Shown here piece by piece: positions 18,559-28,921 of a stretch of 48,259 nt of DNA. Both the position numbers and the translations under genes were made by a program. The stretch is from Desulfurococcales archaeon (GTDB taxonomy: Archaea > Thermoproteota > Thermoprotei_A > Sulfolobales > WANQ01), in assembly GCA_027030065.1 (NCBI GenBank), contig JALVFK010000269.1, forward strand, positions 1 through 48,259. The letters run 5' to 3'. Each line of letters opens with the position of its first letter. The stretch's first letter is position 1. The notes beneath the pieces are model-generated. The model was not told the origin of the DNA and searched no databases. It worked only from the letters and a program-made list of their open reading frames with translations.

Positions 18559-19754
18559 TCCATGAGGTGAGTAAGAACAAGTACCTTGTAGAAATACCAG
18601 TAGGCCCCCAACACCCAGCTCTCCACGAGCCCATATCTCTAAGGCTCAAGGTTGAGGGAGAACGCGTCGTCCAAGTAGACGTTGTTGCAGGATACAATCA
18701 TCGCGGAATAGAATGGCTTGCTGAGAGAAAGACTTTCTACCAAGACCTATTCCTCGTCACCCGTACATGTGGTATTTGCAACGCTGTTCACGGCGCATCC
18801 TATGTACAAGCTGTAGAAGACCTTGCTGGTATAGAGGTTCCCCCTAGAGCAAGGTATCTGAGAACTCTCGTAATGGAGTTGGAGAGAATTCACAGTCATA
18901 TTCTAGTCTTAGCAGTAATGGCTGAAGTAATAGGGTTTGAGAGCTTATTCATGCTCATGATGCGTGATAGAGAAAGAGTCATGTACTTAAAGGAGCTCGT
19001 CACGGGTAATAGGGTTCACGCAGACTACATGTTTATTGGTGGTGTGAGAAGAGATCTCCCAAGCGAGAAAATAGATAAGATAAAAAAGAACATAGACTAC
19101 ATCGAAGAGAGAATGAAGGAATACAAGAAAATATGGAGCGAGGATCCAATAATTCTAAAGAGAACCCAGGGAGTAGGTGTAGCTTCAAAGTCTCAAGCAC
19201 TAGCTCATAGCCTTGTGGGACCAGTAGCACGTGGCTCTAATGTTAAATCAGATATAAGGTATATAGACCCCTATGACGCCTACGATGAAATACCGTTCAA
19301 CGTGATAACGAGAGATGAGGGGGATAGCTGGGCCCGCATGATGGTCCGTATAGACGAGGTCTTCGAAAGTATATCAATTATAAGGTATATCCTAGAACAC
19401 TTACCCTCAGGCCCAATAATACCGTGGAAGAATATTAAGTTGGCCCCAAGGAAGTTCCCCAAGGGTGAAGGAATAGGAAGAGTTGAAGCCCCACGAGGAG
19501 AGCTACTATATCATGTTTTTAGTGATGGCTCAATGAAGCCCTATAGAGTTAAGATAAGGACACCAAGTGTTTTAAACATACATAATGGAGTATTCATGAT
19601 GCTTGATCAGCACATAGCTGATATACCAGTAATATTCGTTAGCTTCGATCCCTGCATCTCATGCACTGAGAGAGTTACAGTCATAGATTTGAAGACAAAT
19701 GAGAAGAAACTTATTCCATGGAGGAAACTCGTAAAAGAGAAGCCGCTAAGGTGA
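18555..19754 (+). CDS. Group 4 [NiFe]-hydrogenase large subunit (MbhL/EchE-like)
   Basis: GPQHP, HRGIE, intact L1 RTCGIC and L2 DPCISCTER with a C-terminal extension. Confidence 0.93.
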   Translation: MIHEVSKNKYLVEIPVGPQHPALHEPISLRLKVEGERVVQVDVVAGYNHRGIEWLAERKTFYQDLFLVTRTCGICNAVHGASYVQAVEDLAGIEVPPRARYLRTLVMELERIHSHILVLAVMAEVIGFESLFMLMMRDRERVMYLKELVTGNRVHADYMFIGGVRRDLPSEKIDKIKKNIDYIEERMKEYKKIWSEDPIILKRTQGVGVASKSQALAHSLVGPVARGSNVKSDIRYIDPYDAYDEIPFNVITRDEGDSWARMMVRIDEVFESISIIRYILEHLPSGPIIPWKNIKLAPRKFPKGEGIGRVEAPRGELLYHVFSDGSMKPYRVKIRTPSVLNIHNGVFMMLDQHIADIPVIFVSFDPCISCTERVTVIDLKTNEKKLIPWRKLVKEKPLR

Positions 19755-20173
19755 ATAATGCTTTGAGCCTGCCTAAACTCTTGGGTAAAACTCTTAAGAA
19801 CTTGTTTAAGAAGCCATCAACAGTTATGGTCCCGCCAAGAGAGATTAAACCAGCTGAAGGATATAGGGGTATTCATAGGGTCAACTATGATAAATGTATA
19901 TCTTGTAGTCTATGTGCTATCGAGTGTCCCGCCTTAGCTATAAAAATGGTAACGATACCGGAGACAAAGAAGAGGTATCCGGAGATAGATTATGGGAAAT
20001 GCATTTTCTGCTATCGTTGCGTAGAGGTATGCCCGGTTAACGCCTATGAAGTATCTATAGAGAAACCAGCACCAGAAACCAAGCCCGTTATAATTAAAGA
20101 GACTCCCCTAGAATGGTATAAGTCTAAGAAGACCCAGCAGACCTCTTCGACTCAGCAATCTCCTCAGAAGTAG
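19751..20173 (+). CDS. 2x[4Fe-4S] subunit (NuoI/MbhN-like)
   Basis: Two CxxCxxCxxxCP motifs. The GTG start overlaps the upstream TGA. Confidence 0.9.
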   Translation: MNNALSLPKLLGKTLKNLFKKPSTVMVPPREIKPAEGYRGIHRVNYDKCISCSLCAIECPALAIKMVTIPETKKRYPEIDYGKCIFCYRCVEVCPVNAYEVSIEKPAPETKPVIIKETPLEWYKSKKTQQTSSTQQSPQK

Positions 20174-21506
20174 CCTTTCTAACAATTAGTAATCTGCCCT
20201 TTCTACCCACTACTACAACATATTCATCTGGTTTTATCTCGTCCTCGCTTTCAGCCATCCAGTATTCTCCTTCAACTATAACAAAACCTTGTCTCCCAGG
20301 ACCTAATGGATCTAATGCTCTACCGATTTTACCCTCTAAGACCCATAATTGCGTCCTCTTTCTCTTAGCCTTAATCACCTTATACAATATGAATGCCGTT
20401 AAACCACCCAAGAATAGGCCAAGCGATATACCTGTAATTAGAATCATTTGGTAATATTCTTCTGGGTTACCGACAAACCATCCGGGAACTCCTAGAGGTA
20501 ATAGTATGAACCCTATGGCTAACATTATTATCCCCGTTATACCTAGTACACCGAACCCTGGTGTAACTAGTTCTATTGCAAATAATAGTGCGCCTACAAA
20601 TAATATGAATAATGCCACAATATTTACATTGAATCCCGACCCTACTAGACCGAGGAGAAGGAGGAGTAATCCTATTGGGAGGGAGTAATAGTGGCCGCTT
20701 ATGATACTGAAGAGGAGGATCATGAAGCCTAGGCTCATCAATAATCCGTTGACTAAAGGATCACTTAGTGAATCCAATAGTATACAACGTAAACTGGGAC
20801 CATAGTTTATTATTGTTGCTCCACGAGTATTTAGTTTAACTGGTTCTCCATTATATAATGTGACATTCCAACCATCTATTTTATTTAACAAATCACCTAC
20901 ATCTGTAGCAACAACCTCTATAACATGATATTTTAGTGCTTCATCAGCCTTCAAGTTCAAGTTCTTCAACACGAAATCTTTTGCAGCAGTAACATTCCTT
21001 CCCCTAGAACCAGCGTAAACCTCTATTTTTGCCAATATGGGATTCAATATTTTGCTCTCATTAATTGGTTGATAGGTACCAGTAGATGGATTATACTCCA
21101 CAGGCTGCATAGAACCAATAGTTGTACCAGGCTGCATTGCCGCAATATGTGTCGATAATAAGATAAGGGTTCCCGCACTTAAGGCCCATCGATCAACAAC
21201 AAAACCTACGACTGGTACATTAGCTCTATAAAATGCTTCAGCTATATGGAACCCATCCTCAAGGTATCCTCCCGGAGTATTCAATTCCACGACCAATACA
21301 GCATTCCTTGATTCCGCTAATTTTAAGGCATCATCAACATAGCATGATTTGCCGGGACCTATCATACCGTCTATTCTAATCAATACTATCTCATTACTTG
21401 TCTCAGATTGCCCAATACTATTCACTATTGTTGAAGCCATTAATAATGCAATGAATACAAGCACCAACAGTGATGTTAAATCCCTTAATTGTAACCTATA
21501 GGACAT
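20124..21506 (-). CDS. nfeD: NfeD-family membrane serine protease (stomatin operon partner)
   Basis: LNTPGG, ALSAGT, TM region and C-terminal OB fold (GEYW.A), downstream of stomatin. Confidence 0.92.
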   Translation of the reverse strand: MSYRLQLRDLTSLLVLVFIALLMASTIVNSIGQSETSNEIVLIRIDGMIGPGKSCYVDDALKLAESRNAVLVVELNTPGGYLEDGFHIAEAFYRANVPVVGFVVDRWALSAGTLILLSTHIAAMQPGTTIGSMQPVEYNPSTGTYQPINESKILNPILAKIEVYAGSRGRNVTAAKDFVLKNLNLKADEALKYHVIEVVATDVGDLLNKIDGWNVTLYNGEPVKLNTRGATIINYGPSLRCILLDSLSDPLVNGLLMSLGFMILLFSIISGHYYSLPIGLLLLLLGLVGSGFNVNIVALFILFVGALLFAIELVTPGFGVLGITGIIMLAIGFILLPLGVPGWFVGNPEEYYQMILITGISLGLFLGGLTAFILYKVIKAKRKRTQLWVLEGKIGRALDPLGPGRQGFVIVEGEYWMAESEDEIKPDEYVVVVGRKGRLLIVRKATSEEIAESKRSAGSS

Positions 21507-21666
21507 GATGCTCCTCTCTACAAAACTCAGCCTACACCAATTAGACTATTTAATCAAGATTATTAACTTTTCAATACTTACATCGTGAAAGATTTTGCAA
21601 AAATATTAATTATTAAAAATAGGTAAAAACAAGTTCATTTATGTTGGTAGTAGTTGCAATAATACA

Positions 21667-22443
21667 TCATGTTTTCTCCTTCAATGCTTTCACTAATGCC
21701 GCAGTAGATCCCAGCTCTCCACTAGCTAGAGGTGATACTACTATCAAGTTCTTTTCACGTGCTATTTCTATTAGTGTTTGTAGTTCTCTAAGCCTCAACG
21801 CAACGGGATGCTTCTCGTAGAATTCAGCGGCTTCAGCCATAATCTTTGCCGCTTGCTTTTCACCCTCTGCTTCTATTACTCTAGCTCTTCTCCATCTCTC
21901 AGCTTCTGCTTGCTTAGCCATTGCACGCAACATTGTCTCCGGTAGCCTTACTTCTTTTAATGTAACAGCTGTTACCTTTATCCCCCAAGGGTCTGTTAAC
22001 TCGTCTAGTATTCTTTGGAGCTTCTTGTTTATCTCCTCTCTACGTGTCAAGAGGTCATCTAGTTCTACTTGACCTACTATGTCTCTCAACGTGGTTTGAG
22101 CCAGCATTAGGACAGCATAATGGTAGTTTTCAACGTTTACAACTGCTTTTATCGGTTCTTGTACTCTATAGTATACTACTGCATCTACTTCAACTGTAAC
22201 GTTATCACGTGTAATTATTCTTTGAACTGGAACATCTACTGTCACTATACGTAGATCCACGCGGATCAGGCTATCAACTCCTGGTATTATGAAGAATATG
22301 CCGGGTCCTTTCGCTCCTATAAGGCGGCCAAGTCTAAATATTACAGCTCTCTCATATTCTTTTACGACTTTAATAGACATCGAGGCGAATATTAATGCTA
22401 TTAGTGCGATAATGAATGTTGGTATTAGATATGCTCCATCCAA
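21667..22443 (-). CDS. Stomatin/SPFH (band 7) protein
   Basis: EYERAVIFRLG, ITRDNVTV.VDAV and AMAKQAEAER. Confidence 0.95.
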   Translation of the reverse strand: MDGAYLIPTFIIALIALIFASMSIKVVKEYERAVIFRLGRLIGAKGPGIFFIIPGVDSLIRVDLRIVTVDVPVQRIITRDNVTVEVDAVVYYRVQEPIKAVVNVENYHYAVLMLAQTTLRDIVGQVELDDLLTRREEINKKLQRILDELTDPWGIKVTAVTLKEVRLPETMLRAMAKQAEAERWRRARVIEAEGEKQAAKIMAEAAEFYEKHPVALRLRELQTLIEIAREKNLIVVSPLASGELGSTAALVKALKEKT

Positions 22444-22557
22444 AACATGTACACCTTTCTCTCTAGCTCATTACACTATATTCTTATAGTTAGTGTACCC
22501 TTAATATGTATTACAGAATAAAGGTAGGAGACAAGTATTCTGGAGGTATTATGAGAT

Positions 22558-23022
22558 ATGACTAAAGAAGCCGCTAAACGTAGGAGGAGAGCATTTGCAC
22601 GCGAGAGAGATCTTGTTAGACTGTTGTGGAAGAGGGGGTTTGCTTGTATGAGAGCACCTGCGAGTGGTAGTAAGGTTAAGCGTACCGTTTACCCCGATGT
22701 AGTGGCGATATGGAGAGGAAAGACCCTAGTTTTTGAGGTGAAGACTAGCGAGCAGAAGAGAACTATCTACATTCCACGAGAACAAGTTGAGAAGATTAGA
22801 GAGTTCGCTAAGCGGGCTGGAGGACAAGCATTTATTGCAGTAAAGATTGTTGGACAAGGAGAGCCTTGGAGGTTTATACCGATAGAGAAGTTAGAACATA
22901 CGAGTGGTGGGAACTTTAAGGTTAGCTTGGATTCTTTGGAGAGAGCTCTCACTATACGTGATCTTGAAAAGATTGTTGGTATGACTCGTGGACTTGAGGA
23001 CTTTATCGGTGGTGGTATATGA
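22558..23022 (+). CDS. hjc: Holliday junction resolvase Hjc
   Basis: ER.LV..L...GF...RAPASGS, PDVVA and FEVK (PD-(D/E)xK). Confidence 0.9.
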   Translation: MTKEAAKRRRRAFARERDLVRLLWKRGFACMRAPASGSKVKRTVYPDVVAIWRGKTLVFEVKTSEQKRTIYIPREQVEKIREFAKRAGGQAFIAVKIVGQGEPWRFIPIEKLEHTSGGNFKVSLDSLERALTIRDLEKIVGMTRGLEDFIGGGI

Positions 23023-23156
23023 AGTATTGTCCTAGATGCGGGATGGTATATTTGAGAGAAGAATTTAAAACATGTATTATCTGTGGAACGCGCTTAGAGG
23101 AAAGCCGTTCAAGACTCAATCCTAAGCCTAATGCTGATTCCGTGTTTTCGCTCTAG
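23019..23156 (+). CDS. Putative 45-aa zinc-ribbon microprotein
   Basis: Not in ORF track. MKYCPRCGMVYLREEFKTCIICGTRLEE..., with an ATGA overlap with the hjc stop and GGTGGT SD-like sequence upstream. Confidence 0.7.
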   Translation: MKYCPRCGMVYLREEFKTCIICGTRLEESRSRLNPKPNADSVFSL

Positions 23157-24683
23157 CTTCTTTAACTTCTTTGCTCTACGCATAGTTACTCTCGCTGCAT
23201 CACGTGGTACTATAACATTTACAACGTTTCCTTCTACTTCAACCCTAGCATCTGGTACTATTCTCTGGATCTCTCTTATAAGCTTAGACTCTAGTGTTTT
23301 CTTTGTTTTCGCTACTGGTACAACCATGGTCTGCTCTCCAAACGTATAGATCTCGTATTCGAGTTGCCCAGTTAGGAAGTCTCTTACTTCTACTACTGGT
23401 CGTGATAGTTCTGCTTCTCTTAGACCAGTTGGTAGTTTAACCGTCATGTGTAGCTCGTATACTTTTTCTACTGAACCCTTGTTTATGTAGACTACGGTAT
23501 CTATGATGCTGGGAATCATTCCGAGTTCTACTCTTCTAATAAACCTCTGGACAGCGTCTATGGGAGTTGTAGCGTGAACTACTCCTATCATACCAATACC
23601 AGCTAGTCTTAGGTCGACGTAGAGGTTGAAGTCTTCGTCATTACGCATTTCATCGAATACAGTGTAATCAGGTCTACTCAGTAATAATATGTCGTGGAGT
23701 TCTTCACTTGTACCATAGGTTTTTGAGTACTGTGTTATCTCCGGCGGTAATCTCATGTCTCTTGGAGACTCTATTGTTTTAACTATACGTCCCTTCCTCA
23801 TATAGTATTCGGCAAGAGCTTGTGCAAACGTAGTCTTACCCATACCCGGCGCGCCAGCTATGAGTATTCCCTCGGCTCTCGTCTCAAATCTCTCTAAGAG
23901 TTTTGGTGGCAGCTTGTAGTCTTCTAAGCGGAGCTTTACTAATGGTCTTACTGCTGTTATCTCCCAGCCCTCGCTTAGGGGAGGCCTTGTTATTACTATA
24001 CGGTATTCGCCGAGCTGAATTATAGTTGAACCAGGCCTATCTATCTCGATAAAGCCGTCTGGCCTCCTCTTAGCTGCTTCAATGATCTCTCTTGTGATAG
24101 ACTCTAGTTCCTCTTTAGTCATAGGCTTTAATCCTAGGTCAACAAACTTCCACTCACCGGGCCGACCCTTCTTAGCCTTGGGTACGGTACCCTCCTTTAA
24201 GTGAACACTCATAGTATCCTTGTCAAAGTATTCTTCGAGTCTCAGCTTTTCGCGAGAGATTGGGGGTATGAATAGGATCTGCATACCCATGGCTCTAGCT
24301 ACTTCTGCTTGGACTTTATCACCAGTTATTAGTATAGCTCCTACCTCATATGCGTAGTCGCGGATCAACGCGTCAATAGCACCAGACTTAGCCATCTTTA
24401 TATCAGTATACCGGGGACGTTCTCCCGCAAGCTCTATTGTTATAAGACCTTCATGCTCGAGTAAACGTAGTCTCGAGATCTCTTCCAGTCCCGCAAACCC
24501 GGTCATACGTCCCTCATTGGCTTGATGTTCCAGTTCGGCTAGAACGGCTCTATGTATTATTATTCTACCCTTTATCTTACCTTGTTTTACTAGCTTGCTA
24601 ACAACACCTTCTATTAATACACTCGTATCGGGTACGTATGCTTTCTCCGATACCCCTGCAATAGGCGTAATTATTTTTGACAC
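23109..24683 (-). CDS. PINA ATPase (PIN domain + P-loop ATPase + KH-like C-terminus)
   Basis: PDTSV PIN motif, GAPGMGKT, IESPRD and FDEMR. Confidence 0.9.
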   Translation of the reverse strand: MSKIITPIAGVSEKAYVPDTSVLIEGVVSKLVKQGKIKGRIIIHRAVLAELEHQANEGRMTGFAGLEEISRLRLLEHEGLITIELAGERPRYTDIKMAKSGAIDALIRDYAYEVGAILITGDKVQAEVARAMGMQILFIPPISREKLRLEEYFDKDTMSVHLKEGTVPKAKKGRPGEWKFVDLGLKPMTKEELESITREIIEAAKRRPDGFIEIDRPGSTIIQLGEYRIVITRPPLSEGWEITAVRPLVKLRLEDYKLPPKLLERFETRAEGILIAGAPGMGKTTFAQALAEYYMRKGRIVKTIESPRDMRLPPEITQYSKTYGTSEELHDILLLSRPDYTVFDEMRNDEDFNLYVDLRLAGIGMIGVVHATTPIDAVQRFIRRVELGMIPSIIDTVVYINKGSVEKVYELHMTVKLPTGLREAELSRPVVEVRDFLTGQLEYEIYTFGEQTMVVPVAKTKKTLESKLIREIQRIVPDARVEVEGNVVNVIVPRDAARVTMRRAKKLKKLERKHGISIRLRIES

Positions 24684-24877
24684 TTCCTATAATACCTCAG
24701 CTATCCTATCTAGGCTTTTTCAAAGAGCTGGGAGGCTAATAAAAGATAAAGTAAATTATACTATAGTATCATCAAGGAATTAGTTTGTGGGTTAATTGTT
24801 TCCTACTAAACTTATTAAGTGAGAACCGCCTAGCTTGCCTAACACCTAGAAAGGTTCACGTAATCGGTGTAAAAGTC

Positions 24878-25174
24878 TTGGCACCAAAAAAGAAGAGTAG
24901 ACAAGAGAAACAAAAATATCTCGATAGAGGAAGTAGAAGTATAACTCAACAAGCTCTCTATGAAGCCCATGCACCCAAGGAACTAGTTGATAGAGTTAGA
25001 AGAGATATTAAGAGAAGACAATTTGATTACTTGACACCCTACTTGCTCTCAGAAAAGTATACCGTGACTATTAGTACTGCTAAGAAGATACTAAAAGAAC
25101 TAGTTGAAGAAGGAGCCATAAGGCTATTCTCTGCTGGCAGGAGATCACCCATATACGTGCCAGCAAACCAGTAA
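24878..25174 (+). CDS. rps25e: 30S ribosomal protein S25e
   Basis: LTPY.LSEKY.V.ISTAKKILKEL...G.I.L...RRSPIY. The TTG start at 24878 after GGTG is preferred. Confidence 0.88.
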   Translation: MAPKKKSRQEKQKYLDRGSRSITQQALYEAHAPKELVDRVRRDIKRRQFDYLTPYLLSEKYTVTISTAKKILKELVEEGAIRLFSAGRRSPIYVPANQ

Positions 25175-25210
25175 TCTATTTAATCTCTATTACATGGAGA
25201 CGAAGATTTT

Positions 25211-27529
25211 CTAGGAATATTTTTCTAATAAAACAGCTTTTGCTATAGCTACTTGTCCTAGCGATATTCCTCCATCTCCTGGTGGGACTTTTTGGTTAAC
25301 ATATAAGTGAGCACGCCCATTAACTGCGTCTCTAATCCCTTGTATAATGTATTCATTGACAGCTGCTCCACCAGAAACCGCTATTATGTTTCTCTTCTTT
25401 GTAATAGCCTTTAATGCTATCTTACCGTAAGTGTATCCTAGCCAGTATTGGACAGCATAGGCTATCTCACGTTTATCGTATCCCTTTTCAACTAAATCTA
25501 TTATTTGGAGAACTGGTTCTCTTATATTTATTAATGATACTCCATCCACATATTCTATTGGGTAATCTACTACTATACTCGTTTTCCTAGCAAACGCTTC
25601 AAGCTTTATAGCTGGTTCTCCCTCATATGTCCGCTTCCAAGCTACACCGAGAAGACTTGCAACCGCGTCAAGATATCTACCAGTACTTGATGTCAAAGGT
25701 TTACCGTATTTTAATTGTTTAAATACTATTTTTACCTCAGTTAAACCTCCTGGCAATTGTCTTAGTAGTTTGTGTTTCCTCATTATCCTTATTACTTCAT
25801 CTTCACTTAGACTTGAAGCTAGTATTGACATCAAGTATCTTGTGGGATAAATAGTTGATCTATCACCACCGGGTAATACATGGTATTCTAAGTGTCCAAT
25901 CCTCTTATAACTCGTATATGATGCTATCATTACTTCACCACCCCATATTGCTCCATCATCTCCGTATCCTACTCCATCTATTGCTATGCCTACAACCTCT
26001 GATTCTAAGGGTAGGTCTAGTTCCGCCATAGCCGACGCTATATGGGCATGGTGGTGTTGTACTTTCAGTAAACTAGTATTGTATTCTTTCGAGTATTTTT
26101 CAGCTAGCTTTGTTGTAGGATACTCGGGATGCTTGTCCGATACTATTACTGATTCTTCTACTCTTACATTGTAGGCTTTTAAGAGATAGTGAATAGCCTT
26201 TTCAAGAAAATCCATTGTTTCAAGGTTTTCACAGTCTCCGATATATTGGGTTGGTATTATGTATTCTTCTAAGCCTATAGCGCCAGTGTTTTGAAGCATA
26301 GCTCCAAAGGCTACTATGGGTTTAGGAGAACGTATACTGGTTTTTATCCATAAGGGGGCGTAGCCCCGGCTACGTCTAAGAAATACTGGTTTACCCGTAG
26401 TCAGCCTTACAACGCTGTCGTCAACCCTATTAACTATACGTCTATTATGCAATAAGTAATGGTCAACGAAGCCGCGGAGCTTTGTTAGAGCACACTGGTT
26501 TGTAGTACACATTGGCTCGCCTGGAGGGTTACCGCTTGTCATTATTAGGAATTTATCTCGAGTCTCCATTAACAACAAGTAGTGGAGCGGCGAGTATGCT
26601 TTCATTATACCGATATGGCTTAGTCCTGGAGCAACGTAATCCGAGACTGGACTACTCTCTCTTTTTGGTACGAGGACTATTGGAGCCCATATAGAATCCA
26701 ATAACTCAAGTGTTACACCGTCTAGCAGGGCTATTTTTTCGGCAACCCCTAGGTCTAATACCATTATTGCGAAGGGTTTTTCTGGTCTATGCTTTCTTTT
26801 TCTCAACTCCAATACAACTTCATCCGACGATGCTAGCGCAGCTATATGGAAGCCTCCAATACCTTTAACGGCTATGATATGGCCTTCGTCAACTAGTTTA
26901 GCTGCTTCTCTTATCGGGTCTTTTACCTCGATTCTATTACCGTTTCTATCTGTTAACCATACTTTAGGTCCACAAATGGGACATGATATTCCTTGTGCAT
27001 GGTGTCTTCTAATGTTTTGAGGATCATTGTATTCTTTTAAACACTGCTCACATAGTGGGAAGTCACGCATACTAGTATTTTCTCTATCGTATGGTGGTTT
27101 TTCTAACATACTAAATCTTGGTCCGCACCATGCACAAGAGTTGAATGGATATCTGTATCTCCTATCACGCGGGTCGAGTATTTCGTTTAGACAATACTTA
27201 CACATAGCAAAATCTGGCGGTATTTGAGAAAGCATCGTCTTCTTCGTCGAACTCTTAAGTATCTTAAAGCCCTCATATCCTCTGGGTTCTTCTACACTAA
27301 CTTCAACTTTCTCTATTATTGCTGGAGGCGGTTTTTCCTTGTAGAGTAATTTTTTGAATTCCTCCAATTGTCTTTGATCTCCTTCGATAAATACTTCTAC
27401 TTCACTTCCTCCTAGGTTTAAACAATAACCTCTAACATTTGTTTTCAATGCTATCCTATGAATAAAGGGACGAAAACCCACTCCTTGTACAAGTCCTGCA
27501 ATTCTTATTCTCAGCGCATTCCTCGTCAA
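25211..27529 (-). CDS. hypF: Carbamoyltransferase HypF
   Basis: GLVQGVGFRP acylphosphatase domain, zinc fingers, QHHHAH and PGDGGISLGQ. Confidence 0.97.
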   Translation of the reverse strand: MTRNALRIRIAGLVQGVGFRPFIHRIALKTNVRGYCLNLGGSEVEVFIEGDQRQLEEFKKLLYKEKPPPAIIEKVEVSVEEPRGYEGFKILKSSTKKTMLSQIPPDFAMCKYCLNEILDPRDRRYRYPFNSCAWCGPRFSMLEKPPYDRENTSMRDFPLCEQCLKEYNDPQNIRRHHAQGISCPICGPKVWLTDRNGNRIEVKDPIREAAKLVDEGHIIAVKGIGGFHIAALASSDEVVLELRKRKHRPEKPFAIMVLDLGVAEKIALLDGVTLELLDSIWAPIVLVPKRESSPVSDYVAPGLSHIGIMKAYSPLHYLLLMETRDKFLIMTSGNPPGEPMCTTNQCALTKLRGFVDHYLLHNRRIVNRVDDSVVRLTTGKPVFLRRSRGYAPLWIKTSIRSPKPIVAFGAMLQNTGAIGLEEYIIPTQYIGDCENLETMDFLEKAIHYLLKAYNVRVEESVIVSDKHPEYPTTKLAEKYSKEYNTSLLKVQHHHAHIASAMAELDLPLESEVVGIAIDGVGYGDDGAIWGGEVMIASYTSYKRIGHLEYHVLPGGDRSTIYPTRYLMSILASSLSEDEVIRIMRKHKLLRQLPGGLTEVKIVFKQLKYGKPLTSSTGRYLDAVASLLGVAWKRTYEGEPAIKLEAFARKTSIVVDYPIEYVDGVSLINIREPVLQIIDLVEKGYDKREIAYAVQYWLGYTYGKIALKAITKKRNIIAVSGGAAVNEYIIQGIRDAVNGRAHLYVNQKVPPGDGGISLGQVAIAKAVLLEKYS

Positions 27530-27636
27530 AGTTTTTGTACTCCCCTAGGCAACTGAATATTATCAGCGTTAAAGTAATTTATGTCTAAATAACTATAACC
27601 CCGGTAGCTGAGTATAAGGTGTAGAGGACTAAAACC

Positions 27637-27876
27637 TTGTGTCTAGGAGTTCCAGGAATAGTAGTTGAAATAAAAAGAGATGAAAAAGAAGCAATAGTAG
27701 ACTTTGGTGGTATTAGAAAGGAGGTTGATGCATTTCTAGTTGAGGACCTCAAACCCGGCGACTATGTAATAGTTCACGCTGGTGCAATAATAGCCAAGAT
27801 AAGCGAACAAGAATATAAGGAGATAAAAGAGGCTTTTGACGAACTAGCAAGAGCATTACAGGAAATAGAAGCATAG
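27637..27876 (+). CDS. hypC: Hydrogenase maturation chaperone HypC
   Basis: MCLGVPG and GDYVIVHAG. Confidence 0.96.
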   Translation: MCLGVPGIVVEIKRDEKEAIVDFGGIRKEVDAFLVEDLKPGDYVIVHAGAIIAKISEQEYKEIKEAFDELARALQEIEA

Positions 27877-27898
27877 ATTATCTAAGGTGTCTTAGCCT

Positions 27899-28921
27899 AT
27901 GATGGCAGACAAGATTACATTAGCCCACGGTGCAGGCGGCTACGAGACATCCAAGATAATAGAGGAATTGATCACCAAGGTGTTTAGGAAAAAGAAGATA
28001 TGGGGTGGAATAGGATTAGAGGAACTAGACGATGCCGCCACCATACCCATAGGCAAAGATAGGAGTATCGCCGTTACCGTGGACTCGTATACGGTTAAAC
28101 CATTATTCTTTCCCGGAGGAAATATTGGAAAACTCGCAGCAACGGGAACTATAAACGATTTAGCCGTAATAGGAGCTGAGCCCATAGCATTTATGGATTC
28201 CATAGTTGTAGAAGAAGGATTCCCTATAGACGATTTAAGAAAGATAATAGAATCTTATGAGAAAGTTTTGAGGGAGTACGATATAGCACTAATAGGCGGA
28301 GACTTCAAAGTAATGCCCAAGAACCAAGTAGACGGCATAGTTATCTCTAGTACCGGTATAGGATTACTTGAGGGCAACCCGCTATTAGACAGTAATGCAG
28401 AGCCAGGAAACCACATAGTAGTAACCGGGCCCATAGGAGATCATGGAGCAGCTATTATTGCAGCACAACTTGGGATAAACGATATTGAGGTAAAAAGTGA
28501 TTGCAAACCCATATTACCTGCAATAAGAGAGGCAAAAAGAGTCGGAGGTTTAAAAGTAGCTAAGGATCCAACAAGAGGAGGTTTATCAATGGCATTGAAC
28601 GAGATAGCCGCTAAGTCTAATGTAAACATTACTGTATACGAGGAAAAAATCCCAGTAAGAGAGGAAACTAGAGCATTAGCAGAAATGACGGGCATCGATG
28701 TCTACTCACTTGCATCGGAGGGTCAAGCAATAATAATAGTAGATGAAGAATATAGTAGCGAGCTAGTTAAAACACTTAGAGTCAATGGGTTCCCTGAAGC
28801 CGAAATTATAGGAAGAGTAGTTGAGAAGTCCCGCGAACCAAGAGTGTTTCTGAAAACAGTTGTTGGTGGCACAAGATTATTGGAGGTTCCACGCGGTGAA
28901 CTTGTCCCAAGAATATGTTAA
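27899..28921 (+). CDS. hypE: Hydrogenase maturation protein HypE
   Basis: LAHGAGG, DPTRGG and terminal PRIC. Confidence 0.97.
   Translation: MMADKITLAHGAGGYETSKIIEELITKVFRKKKIWGGIGLEELDDAATIPIGKDRSIAVTVDSYTVKPLFFPGGNIGKLAATGTINDLAVIGAEPIAFMDSIVVEEGFPIDDLRKIIESYEKVLREYDIALIGGDFKVMPKNQVDGIVISSTGIGLLEGNPLLDSNAEPGNHIVVTGPIGDHGAAIIAAQLGINDIEVKSDCKPILPAIREAKRVGGLKVAKDPTRGGLSMALNEIAAKSNVNITVYEEKIPVREETRALAEMTGIDVYSLASEGQAIIIVDEEYSSELVKTLRVNGFPEAEIIGRVVEKSREPRVFLKTVVGGTRLLEVPRGELVPRIC

Noticed and set aside
18555-19754. Mbx/MBS or complex I NuoD subunit, or a NiFeSe hydrogenase
   Set aside because: Both CxxC Ni-binding motifs are intact and there is no in-frame TGA.
20124-20173. 50-bp convergent overlap between nfeD and the NuoI-like gene
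   Set aside because: It involves low-complexity C-terminal tails, and short convergent overlaps are common throughout this compact window.
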